From Deltaproteobacteria bacterium (lineage in GTDB: Bacteria > SAR324 > XYD2-FULL-50-16): 64,000 nt of DNA. Below the pieces are notes generated by a model. That model saw nothing but the letters and a program-made list of their open reading frames with translations, searched no databases and was not told the DNA's origin. The stretch is taken from contig JABGPJ010000066.1 of assembly GCA_018645005.1 (NCBI GenBank), positions 41,808 to 105,807 of the forward strand. The letters are read 5' to 3'. Positions 21,247 to 31,651 of this stretch are shown here, in pieces (position 1 is the first letter of the stretch; each line of letters opens with the position of its first letter). The position numbers and the translations under genes are program-made.

Positions 21247-23652
21247 ATGATAGTAAAAGTAGCTTTAAATATTCCCTTCACTGAACCTTATGATTATCAG
21301 ATCCCTGAAGAATTGAATCTACAGATCAATGTCGGTATCCGAGTTCTCGTTTCTGTCGGCTCCAGAAGAATGATCGGAGTGGTTGTTGAGATTCTGTCAG
21401 CGTCAAAGCATGACAAGCTCAAACCGGTGTTAGCGCTGATTGAAAATGAGCCTGTTTTCGATCCTAGAATGCTTTTTTTCACAAAATGGATTTCCAATTA
21501 CTATCTCTGCAGTTGGGGAGAGGTTCTGGACGCTGCTTTACCGACAGGTTTGAAACCAAAAGTGATTAAGAAGATTCAGGTAGATACCACCAGCATCAGC
21601 CAATTATCGCTGGATCCTCAAGAAGAGGAGTGGTTGAGATCGATTGTGGACAAAAAAGAGTCCGATATCTTGAAGAACAAAAAAGGAGAAGATTACAGCC
21701 ATCTTTATTCGAAATTGAAAAAGAAGAAGATCATTTATCATATCTATACACACACGACCGGTAATTCAGGTCTTTCCTATACAGAGTGGTTGAGTTACCA
21801 ACCCGAATATGGAGATCAGGTCACAGTCAGAAAGGGGAGCCTGACAAGCCAGATACTGCAGTGGTTTAAATCAGAAAATGAACTCATACGGCAAACCGTA
21901 TTGGACCGGTTTCCAAACGCCTCGCCCCAGTTAAACAGTTTGATCAAAAAAAAGGCGCTGCTGAAATCAAAAAAACCAATACCAGTCGGATCTTGTCCCT
22001 CGACAATCAACACGGATCTGTTTATTCAGCCCAATGTTGAACAGCGTGTGGCGATAGACACCATTTTAACGGCAATCAAGCAAAAAACGTATCAAACCTT
22101 TCTGTTACATGGCGTCACCGGTAGCGGAAAAACAGAGGTGTATCTTTATGCCGTCAAAGAAGCCATTCAACAAGGGCAAACGGTTCTGATATTAATTCCG
22201 GAAATCTCATTGACTCCTCAGGCTGTTAGTCGCTTCAGAGAACGATTCGGAGATCGCATTGCTGTCCTGCACAGCGGAATGGCTGAAAAAGAGCGTGCTT
22301 TGGAGTGGTGGAAAATAAAAAGAAAGCTCTGTGATATTGTTATCGGGGCGCGTTCAGCCATTTTTGCCCCCTTAGAGGATATCGGATTGATCGTTGTGGA
22401 CGAGGAACATGACACGTCATACAAACAGCAGGAGGGCCCTTTTTATAATGCCAGAGACGCTGCGGTGAAAATCGCTAGTGAACGGGGCTGTGTAGCTCTG
22501 CTGGGATCTGCGACGCCATCTGTCGAATCATATTTCAATTTATCCAGCGGGAAATATACCCATCTCAGACTTAAAAACAGGGTGAATCGACAGTCGCTTC
22601 CAAGTTTTGAATTGATAGATCTAAAAAAGGAAGAGCGACAGAAAGGCGCCTTTTATCTCTCTAAACACTTTATCACCCGGTTGAAGGGGGTTCTGCAACG
22701 TCAGAAGCAAGCACTGATCTTTTTAAATCGTCGAGGATATGCGGCATTTTTATCCTGCGCGTCCTGTGAACTTCCAGTCCTCTGCCAGAACTGTTCAATT
22801 GCACTAACCTGGCATCGAACCCGGCAGCGTTTAATCTGCCACCATTGCGGATTCAGTCAGAACTATCCCCAAACCTGCCCTCACTGTCACGAAACTGTTT
22901 TTAATCTTGAGGGCATCGGGACCCAACGAGTTGAAAGGGACCTTAAGCTACTTTTTCCTAACGCAAGATTTTTGAGAATGGACCGGGATACGGTTCGTAA
23001 GAGGGGAGCTCTGGAGCGAAATATCGACAAAATAAATGACAGGCAGGTCGATTTTGTGATTGGGACCCAGTTGATCAGCAAAGGGCACGATTTTAAGCAT
23101 ATCGGGATTGTCTGCATCATATTTGCTGATATGAGCCTCAATATCCCGGATTTTCGGTCTTCTGAACGAAGTTTTCAACTGATATCCCAGGTATCCGGCA
23201 GAGCTGGCCGGGACGAGAAAAGTGTTGGTCTGGCTTTGATCCAGTCATATAACCCCGGGCATTATGCATTTCAGACTGCTATACAGAATGATTTCACTGG
23301 ATTTTTCAACCAGGAAATGATGTTGCGCAGGGATTTGGATAATCCGCCGTACATCCGACAGATTCTGATAAAAGTCAGCGATAAAAATCCGGGCAACGTT
23401 GAGATATCTGCTGTTAAACTAGGAAGTATCCTTAAGGATTCAGCAGTACGATCGAATTTCCAGGTTCTCGGCCCGGTCGAATCTCCGTTACAAAAAATAA
23501 ATAATCGTTACTACTGGCAAATCTTGATCAAGAGCGGGGAAATTGGAAAGGCTAAACGCTTTATCAGAGATCTTCTTTTTAACCGCAAAGGCTGGCGGGT
23601 GAAAGCGGGGACACGGATTTCTATTGATGTTGACCCCATGACAATGCTGTAA
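21247..23652 (+). CDS. priA: Primosomal protein N' (replication restart helicase)
   Basis: GVTGSGKTEVY, PEISLTPQ, DEEHD, GSATPS, paired CxxC Zn motifs, QVSGRAGR, DVDP. Confidence 0.96.
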   Translation: MIVKVALNIPFTEPYDYQIPEELNLQINVGIRVLVSVGSRRMIGVVVEILSASKHDKLKPVLALIENEPVFDPRMLFFTKWISNYYLCSWGEVLDAALPTGLKPKVIKKIQVDTTSISQLSLDPQEEEWLRSIVDKKESDILKNKKGEDYSHLYSKLKKKKIIYHIYTHTTGNSGLSYTEWLSYQPEYGDQVTVRKGSLTSQILQWFKSENELIRQTVLDRFPNASPQLNSLIKKKALLKSKKPIPVGSCPSTINTDLFIQPNVEQRVAIDTILTAIKQKTYQTFLLHGVTGSGKTEVYLYAVKEAIQQGQTVLILIPEISLTPQAVSRFRERFGDRIAVLHSGMAEKERALEWWKIKRKLCDIVIGARSAIFAPLEDIGLIVVDEEHDTSYKQQEGPFYNARDAAVKIASERGCVALLGSATPSVESYFNLSSGKYTHLRLKNRVNRQSLPSFELIDLKKEERQKGAFYLSKHFITRLKGVLQRQKQALIFLNRRGYAAFLSCASCELPVLCQNCSIALTWHRTRQRLICHHCGFSQNYPQTCPHCHETVFNLEGIGTQRVERDLKLLFPNARFLRMDRDTVRKRGALERNIDKINDRQVDFVIGTQLISKGHDFKHIGIVCIIFADMSLNIPDFRSSERSFQLISQVSGRAGRDEKSVGLALIQSYNPGHYAFQTAIQNDFTGFFNQEMMLRRDLDNPPYIRQILIKVSDKNPGNVEISAVKLGSILKDSAVRSNFQVLGPVESPLQKINNRYYWQILIKSGEIGKAKRFIRDLLFNRKGWRVKAGTRISIDVDPMTML

Positions 23653-23693
23653 TTTGCTAACCATGGGATCTATTATCAAGGCTGGGAAACAGC

Positions 23694-24665
23694 CTAATTT
23701 ATTTTGTCTGAATTTACATCGATCTTCAGAGTTTTTGCTTTCTTTCCTGTCTGCACAAATATCAATCGGGTATGACCGGCATCGACATCCAAAAATTCTT
23801 CTCCATCCATAATCACTGTGATATCGATGGTTTTTCGGACACTGTTTTCTCCCTTGAACGGTTTAACGATGGCCTTGATTCTGGCATAGCCACGCTCGTT
23901 CAAATGGATGTCTGTGCCAAATCGAATATTGTCGAATACATGGCTGATATATATGGGCCCCGCACGAAAGGCATTCTGGTTGGAATTTTTTTGAACCATC
24001 TGTAATGTTAAATAGACCCCTACCTCTTCTCTGGTTTCAGGAACCTTAATTTCAGTCTTATCAGCTTTGATAACCAGATGGAAAGGCAGGTTTTTGATCT
24101 TGTCGCTGATTGAGCCCCGACGGGTAATTCCAGAGAGGATTTGTCCGGGCTGCAAATCAACTGCGTCATCATCGTTTTTCACCGTGACTGCCCCTGAAGA
24201 CAGACTGACAGTCAATTTATCATCACGCTCGACCATTGAGACAACGGTCCCCTTGATACCTGCCGTTGCGGTTGGGGTCCGAATAGTAGTGCTCTGGTAC
24301 TTCTTGGTAAATTTGCCCCAGAAAGAGCCAATTTCTAAGAAAAGGTGATGCAAAAAACGCCTTGATCCTTTTTTTGATTCCACCGATTTTTCTAGCAAGA
24401 AGCGCGTATTTGTGAACAAACGTAATAAGGACCCATCTCGAAAGGCAATTGTGACTTTTCCAGTTTTACCGGTGACAACCATATCCTGATCATAAAGAAT
24501 CAAACCGGTTCTGCCTGCAAGCCGGGCGGAACCCCTCTCGATTTCGATTTGACCCCGAAGATCTTTGATGCTGGCTACCGCGTTTATGGCGAAGCTGTTC
24601 GGTACCCACAGGGTTAGTATCAAAGTCAAACTGATCACGGCTGACAAAAAAGCGTTTTTGAGCAT
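23694..24665 (-). CDS. Exported FecR-domain protein
   Basis: Signal peptide; VVTGKTGKVTIAFRDGS..RL, IRTPTATAGIKGT; beta-rich C-terminal domain. Confidence 0.8.
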   Translation of the reverse strand: MLKNAFLSAVISLTLILTLWVPNSFAINAVASIKDLRGQIEIERGSARLAGRTGLILYDQDMVVTGKTGKVTIAFRDGSLLRLFTNTRFLLEKSVESKKGSRRFLHHLFLEIGSFWGKFTKKYQSTTIRTPTATAGIKGTVVSMVERDDKLTVSLSSGAVTVKNDDDAVDLQPGQILSGITRRGSISDKIKNLPFHLVIKADKTEIKVPETREEVGVYLTLQMVQKNSNQNAFRAGPIYISHVFDNIRFGTDIHLNERGYARIKAIVKPFKGENSVRKTIDITVIMDGEEFLDVDAGHTRLIFVQTGKKAKTLKIDVNSDKIN

Positions 24666-24738
24666 GGATTTTCTCTCACCCCCTTTATACATTTTTCAAT
24701 ATGTTCTAACGAAATTTCACTTTTGATTTGTAGCTTAA

Positions 24739-24837
24739 GGGCTGGCTCGAAAATTACTTGGCATTTTGTCTGCAAAATGTCCAGTCTTTTCAGAACTTTT
24801 GCGGACAGATTATGCCAAGTTATTTTTGTACGATCCC
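24739..24837. mobile_element. 99-bp MITE family A, copy 3
   Basis: TAA|GGG...CCC|TAA upstream of FecR-domain gene. Confidence 0.85.
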
Positions 24838-25036
24838 TAAGGGAAATACGGGTTTTGTGTTTAGCCAATAGTAGTGCAAATACCGTACAATTAGGTCAGG
24901 TGGTAATTATTGCCTTCATAACCTGATTCGCTTTTTGCCTCTTATTATATTATATTGTCTCGTAAAAGGAATGACAATTAATTGTGTTGTGAAATCACAA
25001 GCTTGTCGGAGCTGGAATTGGGGTTTTGGTATAATA

Positions 25037-25062
25037 CAGCCACGGTACGCAGCCACGGTACG
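25037..25062. repeat. 13-bp tandem duplication
   Basis: CAGCCACGGTACG x2. Confidence 0.8.
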
Positions 25063-25450
25063 GTTCCAAAGCCATTTTTCCGCTTACTCTTTTGTTTGAA
25101 TGGGACAATAGGAGGTGAGTCATTAAAGAAACGGTCTGGACAAAATGGTGTTGTCTCTAAATAGTCCGAAAACTCAACTATTTAGGGTTTGGTCCCGGAT
25201 TGAATGATTCCGAATAATCTACTGCAAAAATTCTTTCTGAATAAAATATTGCAGCCGGAGGGACCAAAAAGGTTTGGGATTTTTTGACTGAAATGCATCT
25301 TTATTGCAAGTATTTTCTATCGAGTTAAAAAAATGGTATTCTGAGGGGGCAAAAGAAATCCCAAAGAGACCAATTTTGATTATTTGCGACATTTTTGTCG
25401 AGATAATGGCTCTCAGAGACAGGTCGATTCTTTGAAAAATTTAAACCTTT

Positions 25451-26368
25451 ATGAAAAAAATCTATCTACTGCTCCTGGTGACTATTTTTTCGGTTAATGT
25501 TTCTGCCCAGGTCGTGACGCCATCTCTGGATGGGGCTTTTCCGGTTGAAATGGCATCGGCTGCGGGATGGCGTTTTGGCAGTACCTTGGGTGGGCAGACA
25601 TCCTTTGGCAAGGTCGATGGAGAGACAGAAAAAGCGGATTATCACAACATTGATTCTTCTTTTTTGCTTGCGTATCAACCGAGCAACATTGTCGCCGAGT
25701 TTTATTGGGCATCTCCCGGGACGTTTTATCAGTGGGAAACTGAAACAGATACTCTGAATGAGACCAACAATGGCGATGGCAGATTCAGCCTGACTCTGCG
25801 GGGGGAAAAAAATGTCACCATTGGTATCGGTTATCGTATAGCCGATCAGGACACCACTTCTGATACGATTAATAAAAGTTTATACGAAGGAAGTTTTTCG
25901 CTGCGAATGCTGGATGGACTCTATCTGGCAGCCGGGATGCAGCGAGTGACGGAAAAGTTTCACACCGGTGATTCCAGAAAGTGGAATCGTATCCTGACCG
26001 GGGTGTCTTTGCAGGTGGGAGACCCACTTAAAAATTTGTTTCGCACCGAAGTCTCTTTCCAGACGTCACCAGAAAGCTCTGTTGATGATCCAGCAATAAA
26101 GCCTCACAGAGAGACGAGCCGTATTCAGGCTGCGGCTGAACTTCTCTGGGGTGCTTTTTTGTTCTCATATCAGTACCGGAACACAACTCTGGGTGCTGTC
26201 GGCACAGAAATAGATGATCAAATTGTCGCCAGGCATCGTTACGGCATTGGGCTTAAAATAGGCAGCGCCACTCTCGGATTTTACGCTGGGGGTGGGACAC
26301 GCACTGCAGGTGACAAAGTACTAAAAACCCAATTATATCAGGGGACTTTGAGTTTAAACTTTATTTAA
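25451..26368 (+). CDS. Putative outer-membrane beta-barrel protein (paralog 1)
   Basis: Signal peptide, amphipathic beta strands, ends LSLNFI; shares QVVT.S.D...SAAGWR with next gene. Confidence 0.6.
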   Translation: MKKIYLLLLVTIFSVNVSAQVVTPSLDGAFPVEMASAAGWRFGSTLGGQTSFGKVDGETEKADYHNIDSSFLLAYQPSNIVAEFYWASPGTFYQWETETDTLNETNNGDGRFSLTLRGEKNVTIGIGYRIADQDTTSDTINKSLYEGSFSLRMLDGLYLAAGMQRVTEKFHTGDSRKWNRILTGVSLQVGDPLKNLFRTEVSFQTSPESSVDDPAIKPHRETSRIQAAAELLWGAFLFSYQYRNTTLGAVGTEIDDQIVARHRYGIGLKIGSATLGFYAGGGTRTAGDKVLKTQLYQGTLSLNFI

Positions 26369-26449
26369 TTTCTTGATCTGAACAGTCCAACCCTTCATAT
26401 TTACAGCATGGATGCGCAGGTAAATTTAGATCAAACCAAGGACCCAACG

Positions 26450-27433
26450 ATGAAAATCGCGATGATAGGATCAAAAGCACTATTATTCCTGGGGGTGCTG
26501 CTTTTATGGGCGAACTGCGGGTTTGGCCAGGTCGTTACCTCCTCTATGGATCCAACCCAGTCAATTCTGATGCCCTCCGCTGCAGGTTGGCGTGAGAAAC
26601 CGGCTGCGGGTATAGGTTATCATGAGGGTAGCGGGACGCGGGATCTGAATAACCAGGAGATCTATCAGTTCGATATATCCGGCTTGGACGGCAACCTGGC
26701 ATTTACAGTGGGTAATGCATTCATAGAGATGTATGGGTCTCAGAGCACTACGAATGTCCAACTGGACCAATTCTATGAAGGACAGTTCAACCTTAAATTC
26801 AATGATGCCAGGCTGAACATTGCTCTAGCCGGGAACGATTTTCTTACCATCGGTTTGGGAGTACGCTCTACCGAGTCTACTGACCATATTGATGCCAACT
26901 ACGATTCGGAAACAACCGATGCCATGCGAGCAATCGGTTCTATCTCGATCAAAGCCCTGGATATGTTTTATTTCGGCCTTGGTTTCGAGCGCGTCAAAGA
27001 AGAAAACACTTATGCTGTCGGTTTGACTTGGAACAATGTTATCAGCGGTGTGGCTATGCATCTGGGTCAACCCGGTGGAACGCAATTCAAGGTTGAATAC
27101 TCTCTCGCCTATTCAGAATCCCAGGTAAATACGCTCTCCGGAGATTTGGTGGAAAATAACCATCCACAAACAGCGATCTCCCGTATGTCCGGGGAATTGA
27201 TGTTCAGCGGTTTGTTGTTTGCGTTCAAGTCCGAAGAGAAAAAAATTGATGTGGATATTGTAGAGAATGGACAAACTGTTAAAGAGATCAAGATGGTCAA
27301 CAATCAGGGCGGGGTGCTCTGGATTCCAGAAAACGGTCTTAGTATGGGCTTTTATTTTCTAACCGGAACCAATACAGCGAGTTATGACGATTCAATCAGC
27401 TCGTTCAAGGTGAAATTAGCTTATGTTTTTTAG
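26450..27433 (+). CDS. Putative outer-membrane beta-barrel protein (paralog 2)
   Basis: Signal peptide, amphipathic strands, C-terminal beta-signal VKLAYVF. Confidence 0.62.
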   Translation: MKIAMIGSKALLFLGVLLLWANCGFGQVVTSSMDPTQSILMPSAAGWREKPAAGIGYHEGSGTRDLNNQEIYQFDISGLDGNLAFTVGNAFIEMYGSQSTTNVQLDQFYEGQFNLKFNDARLNIALAGNDFLTIGLGVRSTESTDHIDANYDSETTDAMRAIGSISIKALDMFYFGLGFERVKEENTYAVGLTWNNVISGVAMHLGQPGGTQFKVEYSLAYSESQVNTLSGDLVENNHPQTAISRMSGELMFSGLLFAFKSEEKKIDVDIVENGQTVKEIKMVNNQGGVLWIPENGLSMGFYFLTGTNTASYDDSISSFKVKLAYVF

Positions 27434-27505
27434 ACAACGGATTGGACTTTTGTACTGATACCGGGAAGTTCTCCTTATCTGAAATCACTATTCTGACAAT
27501 TCAAT

Positions 27506-29518
27506 ATGATGAAACAGATAGCTAACCGCATTTTCATAAGCTGCCTGACCCTGGCAGCCTTGGCTGGGTTTGTTTTTGTCGCTTGTAAATCCGACAGTGG
27601 CAAGGTGCAGTCTTTTGATGAGGATTCTCCTCATGTGATGGCTGTTTCGCCGGCAGACAGCACTACAGATGTTTCTGTGAACACATCAATTACCGTGAGT
27701 TTTGATGAGTCTATGTACCCCTCCACCATCAGTTTTAATAGTGATGATGAGGAGTGTTCTGGTGGTGTGCAGCTATCCCGGGATGGATTTATCAGTTGTG
27801 TGCCGTTGTCTTCTGCGAGCTTGTCTTATGATTCAGATAAAAAGGTGTTTACCCTTTCTCCCCAATCCCCACTTGATGGTAAGGTCAACTACAAAATTAA
27901 GATTACAACGGATGCCAAAGATCTTTCTTTAAATCCTCTGGAGACTGATTTTTTAACCTCATCTGGATTTACGACTAAAACGAGTGGACCCGTCCCGGTC
28001 AATAGTGCGCAGGCGATCTATTTTGGTGATCAGAATACCAAAGAATCTGAACTAACTGGAACTATTAAGATTGATCGTGCGATAGACGAAAGCGATATTG
28101 CCGGTTACAACATTTATTGGGGATCCAGCGAAACTGAACGGCTCGCCGACACACCATTGATTGGATCTTTGCTGGTGAGTGCTGATAAGCTTCAGTACAA
28201 TCTGGATAATACTGCCATTCCTGGGGGTGCCACGCATTTTCTTGCCTATTCTTCGAATGAGAATGGGGACTCCCTGACACCAGTAGCTCTGGATATTCCT
28301 GATACAGTTTTGAAAATGGTGGCTGATATAAACGGATCCGGTCCATCGAATCCACACAGTTACAAGGTTTGGAACAGCAAACTGTATTTTAGTGCCAATG
28401 ACGGATCAACAGGGGCGGAACTGTGGGAATTTGATGGGGTTTCAGCGCCTAAGTTGGCTGCTGATATCACAGGCGATCCAGCTTCATCAATGACTGTCCC
28501 GCAGAAAATGGTGGAATTTAATAGTAAGTTGTATTTTACGGCTTGTGACAGTACTGTTGGATGTGAATTACGGGGCTATGACGGCACCTCGGTATCTCTG
28601 GTCGAAGATATATATGCGGGCACTTTCAGTTCTGACCCAACGGAGCTAACTGCCTTTGGTGGTAAATTATACTTTTCTGCTTGTGATGTAGCCAATGGAT
28701 GTGAGTTGTGGTTTTGGGACGGAACGCCCAGTCCCAGTGGCTTAAATATTGGAATGGTAGCAGATATTGCTTATCTTCCAACCCCAGATAGTTCTTCTGA
28801 TGTTAAAGATATTACTGAATTAAATGGGAAGTTGTATTTTAGTGCTAGTGATGGCCCTAGTGATTTCTTTGGCAGGGAAATTTGGTGGTATGATGGAACA
28901 ACTCCGCCGGCATCTGTTTCCCTAGGCACAAATTACAATGGCATAAATATTCGAACAACGACTGCTTCCTCGGATCCGGAAGGAATTACGGTTTATGGTG
29001 AAAGACTGATTTTTGGTGCAGACGACGGAATTGGTGCGGGAAAAGAACCCTGGATTTCTGACGGAACAATCTCCCCAACAACCGTTGGCAATTATTCCAT
29101 CTTATCCAATATCACTGGCGATGGCTCAAGCTCTTCACCCAAAGGATTTACTGAATTTAACGGCAAGCTCTATTTTTCTGCTACAACAGCCGCAAATGGA
29201 GATGAACTGTGGGTCTACGATGGAAACAACTCTCCAACTCTTGTGGCTGATATTAATCCATCAGGAAGTTCCTCCCCCTCCCATCTGTTTGCTTTCAATG
29301 GCATGCTGATTTTCAGTGCTTTCACAACTGAAAATGGCAATGAACTTTATGGATACAATGATTACGATCCCTCCGGAACGCCTTTTATGATCGCAGATAT
29401 CAATAATGGGTCCGGACCTTCCATGCCTGAATTCTTCACAGTGTTCAACAGTCGGCTCTATTTTACTGCGAATGATGGTACAAACGGGAACGAGCTGTGG
29501 GTGTTTTACACTGAATAA
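27506..29518 (+). CDS. Lipoprotein with Ig-like (Big_5/SbsA-type) domain and ELWxxDGT-type repeats
   Basis: Lipobox FVAC; VSPADSTTDVSVNTSITVSFDESM; about 8 repeats of LYFSA.DG..G.ELW..DG. Confidence 0.82.
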   Translation: MMKQIANRIFISCLTLAALAGFVFVACKSDSGKVQSFDEDSPHVMAVSPADSTTDVSVNTSITVSFDESMYPSTISFNSDDEECSGGVQLSRDGFISCVPLSSASLSYDSDKKVFTLSPQSPLDGKVNYKIKITTDAKDLSLNPLETDFLTSSGFTTKTSGPVPVNSAQAIYFGDQNTKESELTGTIKIDRAIDESDIAGYNIYWGSSETERLADTPLIGSLLVSADKLQYNLDNTAIPGGATHFLAYSSNENGDSLTPVALDIPDTVLKMVADINGSGPSNPHSYKVWNSKLYFSANDGSTGAELWEFDGVSAPKLAADITGDPASSMTVPQKMVEFNSKLYFTACDSTVGCELRGYDGTSVSLVEDIYAGTFSSDPTELTAFGGKLYFSACDVANGCELWFWDGTPSPSGLNIGMVADIAYLPTPDSSSDVKDITELNGKLYFSASDGPSDFFGREIWWYDGTTPPASVSLGTNYNGINIRTTTASSDPEGITVYGERLIFGADDGIGAGKEPWISDGTISPTTVGNYSILSNITGDGSSSSPKGFTEFNGKLYFSATTAANGDELWVYDGNNSPTLVADINPSGSSSPSHLFAFNGMLIFSAFTTENGNELYGYNDYDPSGTPFMIADINNGSGPSMPEFFTVFNSRLYFTANDGTNGNELWVFYTE

Positions 29519-29540
29519 ACTTTGTTGAAAAACCGGATTT

Positions 29541-30572
29541 TTAAATCCGCCGTTTCGTCTCACTGGTAACTCTTTCCATCTGTATCATCACTTTCTCCAA
29601 AACAGACTCAACCCTCACCTGACGGATACATTCCAGTTGGCATTTTGGATAGTGACACTGCTCCTTGCAGCCGGGGTCAAACTCGACGGCCAGATGCTGC
29701 TCCTGGTTTGGCGGGGTCCAATTCCGCTGCAGCGGTCGTCCAAAAATAGCAACCGTTGGGACGCTGGCAGAAATCGCAAAATGCATGGGACCATTGTCGT
29801 TGCCAATATGGAGATCCACTCTTTTCAGCAGGGCGACCGTCTCACTGATGCTGGGGATGTCATAATCTGGTAGTGATGGATGTTGCATTTTCTCCCGCAC
29901 AGCCTGGACAAAGTTGTACTCTCCGGGACCCCAGAGAAAGAGAATTTGCGCATTATATTCCTCAATCAGAAAATCGCAGATTTCAGCAAAACAGGCTGGT
30001 GGCCAGACCTTATAGTCCCGTCGGGAGACAGGCGAGACGGAAACCAGCAGTTTTTGCCGATCATAATTAATCTGCGTCAAGACCTTATTTACAGCTGTTT
30101 CATCCTCTGGGCCGGTAAAAAAATCCAGCTTGGATTCGATTTTTTGTATGCCAAGAGCTGTCAGCAGATGTGCCTGTTTGAGAGCTGAATATGAAGTTCC
30201 AACAGATGGTTCAAGGGCATGTGAAAAAAAAATGGATCGGCCAGGACTTTTAAAACCGATACGGATGGGGGCTCCGGAAAGCCAGGAGAGCAGAGCAGTT
30301 TTTGGCAATCCATAAAAATCGATCACAATAGAGTACTGCTCTTTGCGAATGTGTCGGATCACTGAAAGCACATCCCTGAAAGTCTCCACACTCGGATAAA
30401 GCATGGTTTTGGATATATAGGGGCTACGCTTGAAAATCTGGTCCGATGGTGCCTGGGTGAGAACATGGATTTCAAACCCGGGATCTGATTCAGCCAGGGA
30501 TCGAACGGCCGGAGTGGTCATCAGCACATCCCCGATCTGTTTGAGTTGAATAAAAAGAATCTTTTCTTTCAT
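29541..30572 (-). CDS. GT9 family (LPS heptosyltransferase-like) glycosyltransferase
   Basis: IGDVLMTTP, KVWP, IGNDNGPMHFA, TVAIFG. Confidence 0.9.
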   Translation of the reverse strand: MKEKILFIQLKQIGDVLMTTPAVRSLAESDPGFEIHVLTQAPSDQIFKRSPYISKTMLYPSVETFRDVLSVIRHIRKEQYSIVIDFYGLPKTALLSWLSGAPIRIGFKSPGRSIFFSHALEPSVGTSYSALKQAHLLTALGIQKIESKLDFFTGPEDETAVNKVLTQINYDRQKLLVSVSPVSRRDYKVWPPACFAEICDFLIEEYNAQILFLWGPGEYNFVQAVREKMQHPSLPDYDIPSISETVALLKRVDLHIGNDNGPMHFAISASVPTVAIFGRPLQRNWTPPNQEQHLAVEFDPGCKEQCHYPKCQLECIRQVRVESVLEKVMIQMERVTSETKRRI

Positions 30573-30619
30573 GGGGATTTTTTTGCGGCAACTCTCTGAG
30601 AGGATCTGATTTATTTAGA

Positions 30620-31312
30620 TCAAGCAGGCGTATCAGATTCCGGATGGGAGATTTCGACTCCCTGGTGAAACTGGAATAACTCTTTGGCAAATTCAGCCGT
30701 TTCCCGGCAGGACATATAATCGAGGACGCCCCCCACAGCACCACCTAAAATTGGGATTGCCTTACTGACTCTGGAAAACCCTTTTGTGGTGGCAACCTGC
30801 ATCAATCTCGCTGCAACTGCCTGATTAATCAATTGTATGGTCTGCTTAGGCAGCTGCGATAAGGCATTTTTTCGCAGTAATTTCGATATTTCCTGCACGT
30901 CTCTGTTCAGGAGCCTTTTCCCCTTTTTCCCAAGCAGGCACAGGGCAATCGTCATTTTGACCGGAGGATCGTCGATGTCGAAGCCGCCGATATAAGCCAT
31001 CGCTGCGACCATACGGGTTTGCAGTACCCAGTTAATACCCAGTGAGGCAGGAATGGCGATTGGCAGGGAAATAATACCGCCCAGACTGGTCAAAAACCCG
31101 GATGTGAAATTTTTTCTCTCTTCCCATTTGACAAGGGCATCAATCCGCTCAATTTTTGTTTTATAGGCTGGATTCTGCAGGTACTGATCCCCCAGTTCTC
31201 TGGCACTGGATAAACCACCGCCGCCGTTTATGCCCAGGTGAATGACTTTCTTTAAGAAAATTCCAGCCTTGTCAGACGATGTTCCGTTTTCCGTTGAGTT
31301 GTTTGTTTCCAT
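30620..31312 (-). CDS. EcsC family protein
   Basis: SGFLTSLGGIISLPIAIPA, QTRMVAAMAYIGGFD, KAIPILGGAVGG. Confidence 0.8.
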   Translation of the reverse strand: METNNSTENGTSSDKAGIFLKKVIHLGINGGGGLSSARELGDQYLQNPAYKTKIERIDALVKWEERKNFTSGFLTSLGGIISLPIAIPASLGINWVLQTRMVAAMAYIGGFDIDDPPVKMTIALCLLGKKGKRLLNRDVQEISKLLRKNALSQLPKQTIQLINQAVAARLMQVATTKGFSRVSKAIPILGGAVGGVLDYMSCRETAEFAKELFQFHQGVEISHPESDTPA

Positions 31313-31651
31313 CTAAGCCCTGTTTAATGCAGTGGGAGTCCCGACGTCACCGACTAAATTTAATTGCTGCGTATCACGTTTTTTTTTCAATCCGGTTGTA
31401 GATGCATCAGATTACAAGATCTACAGCATAAGGGAAAGTGTAATTCGATTTTACAGTTAGAATTGACTTTTTAGGTTCTCCAAATTAAAAAGGGAGTACA
31501 ATGAGAAATTAAGCAGACAATTTCTAAGGAGTGTATTGAATTGGAATAAGCCGTTTCTAAATGATACATTTGGACTATCAATGGGTCTTTCCAACCGGAT
31601 CGGTTTGATAGACGTATGATAATGTGTGGGTAAATAATTGGCATAAAAGCA

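Noticed and set aside
21126..24837. Composite transposon formed by MITE A copies 2 and 3
   Set aside because: Each copy has its own TAA flanks and the cargo is the housekeeping gene priA; independent insertions are simpler
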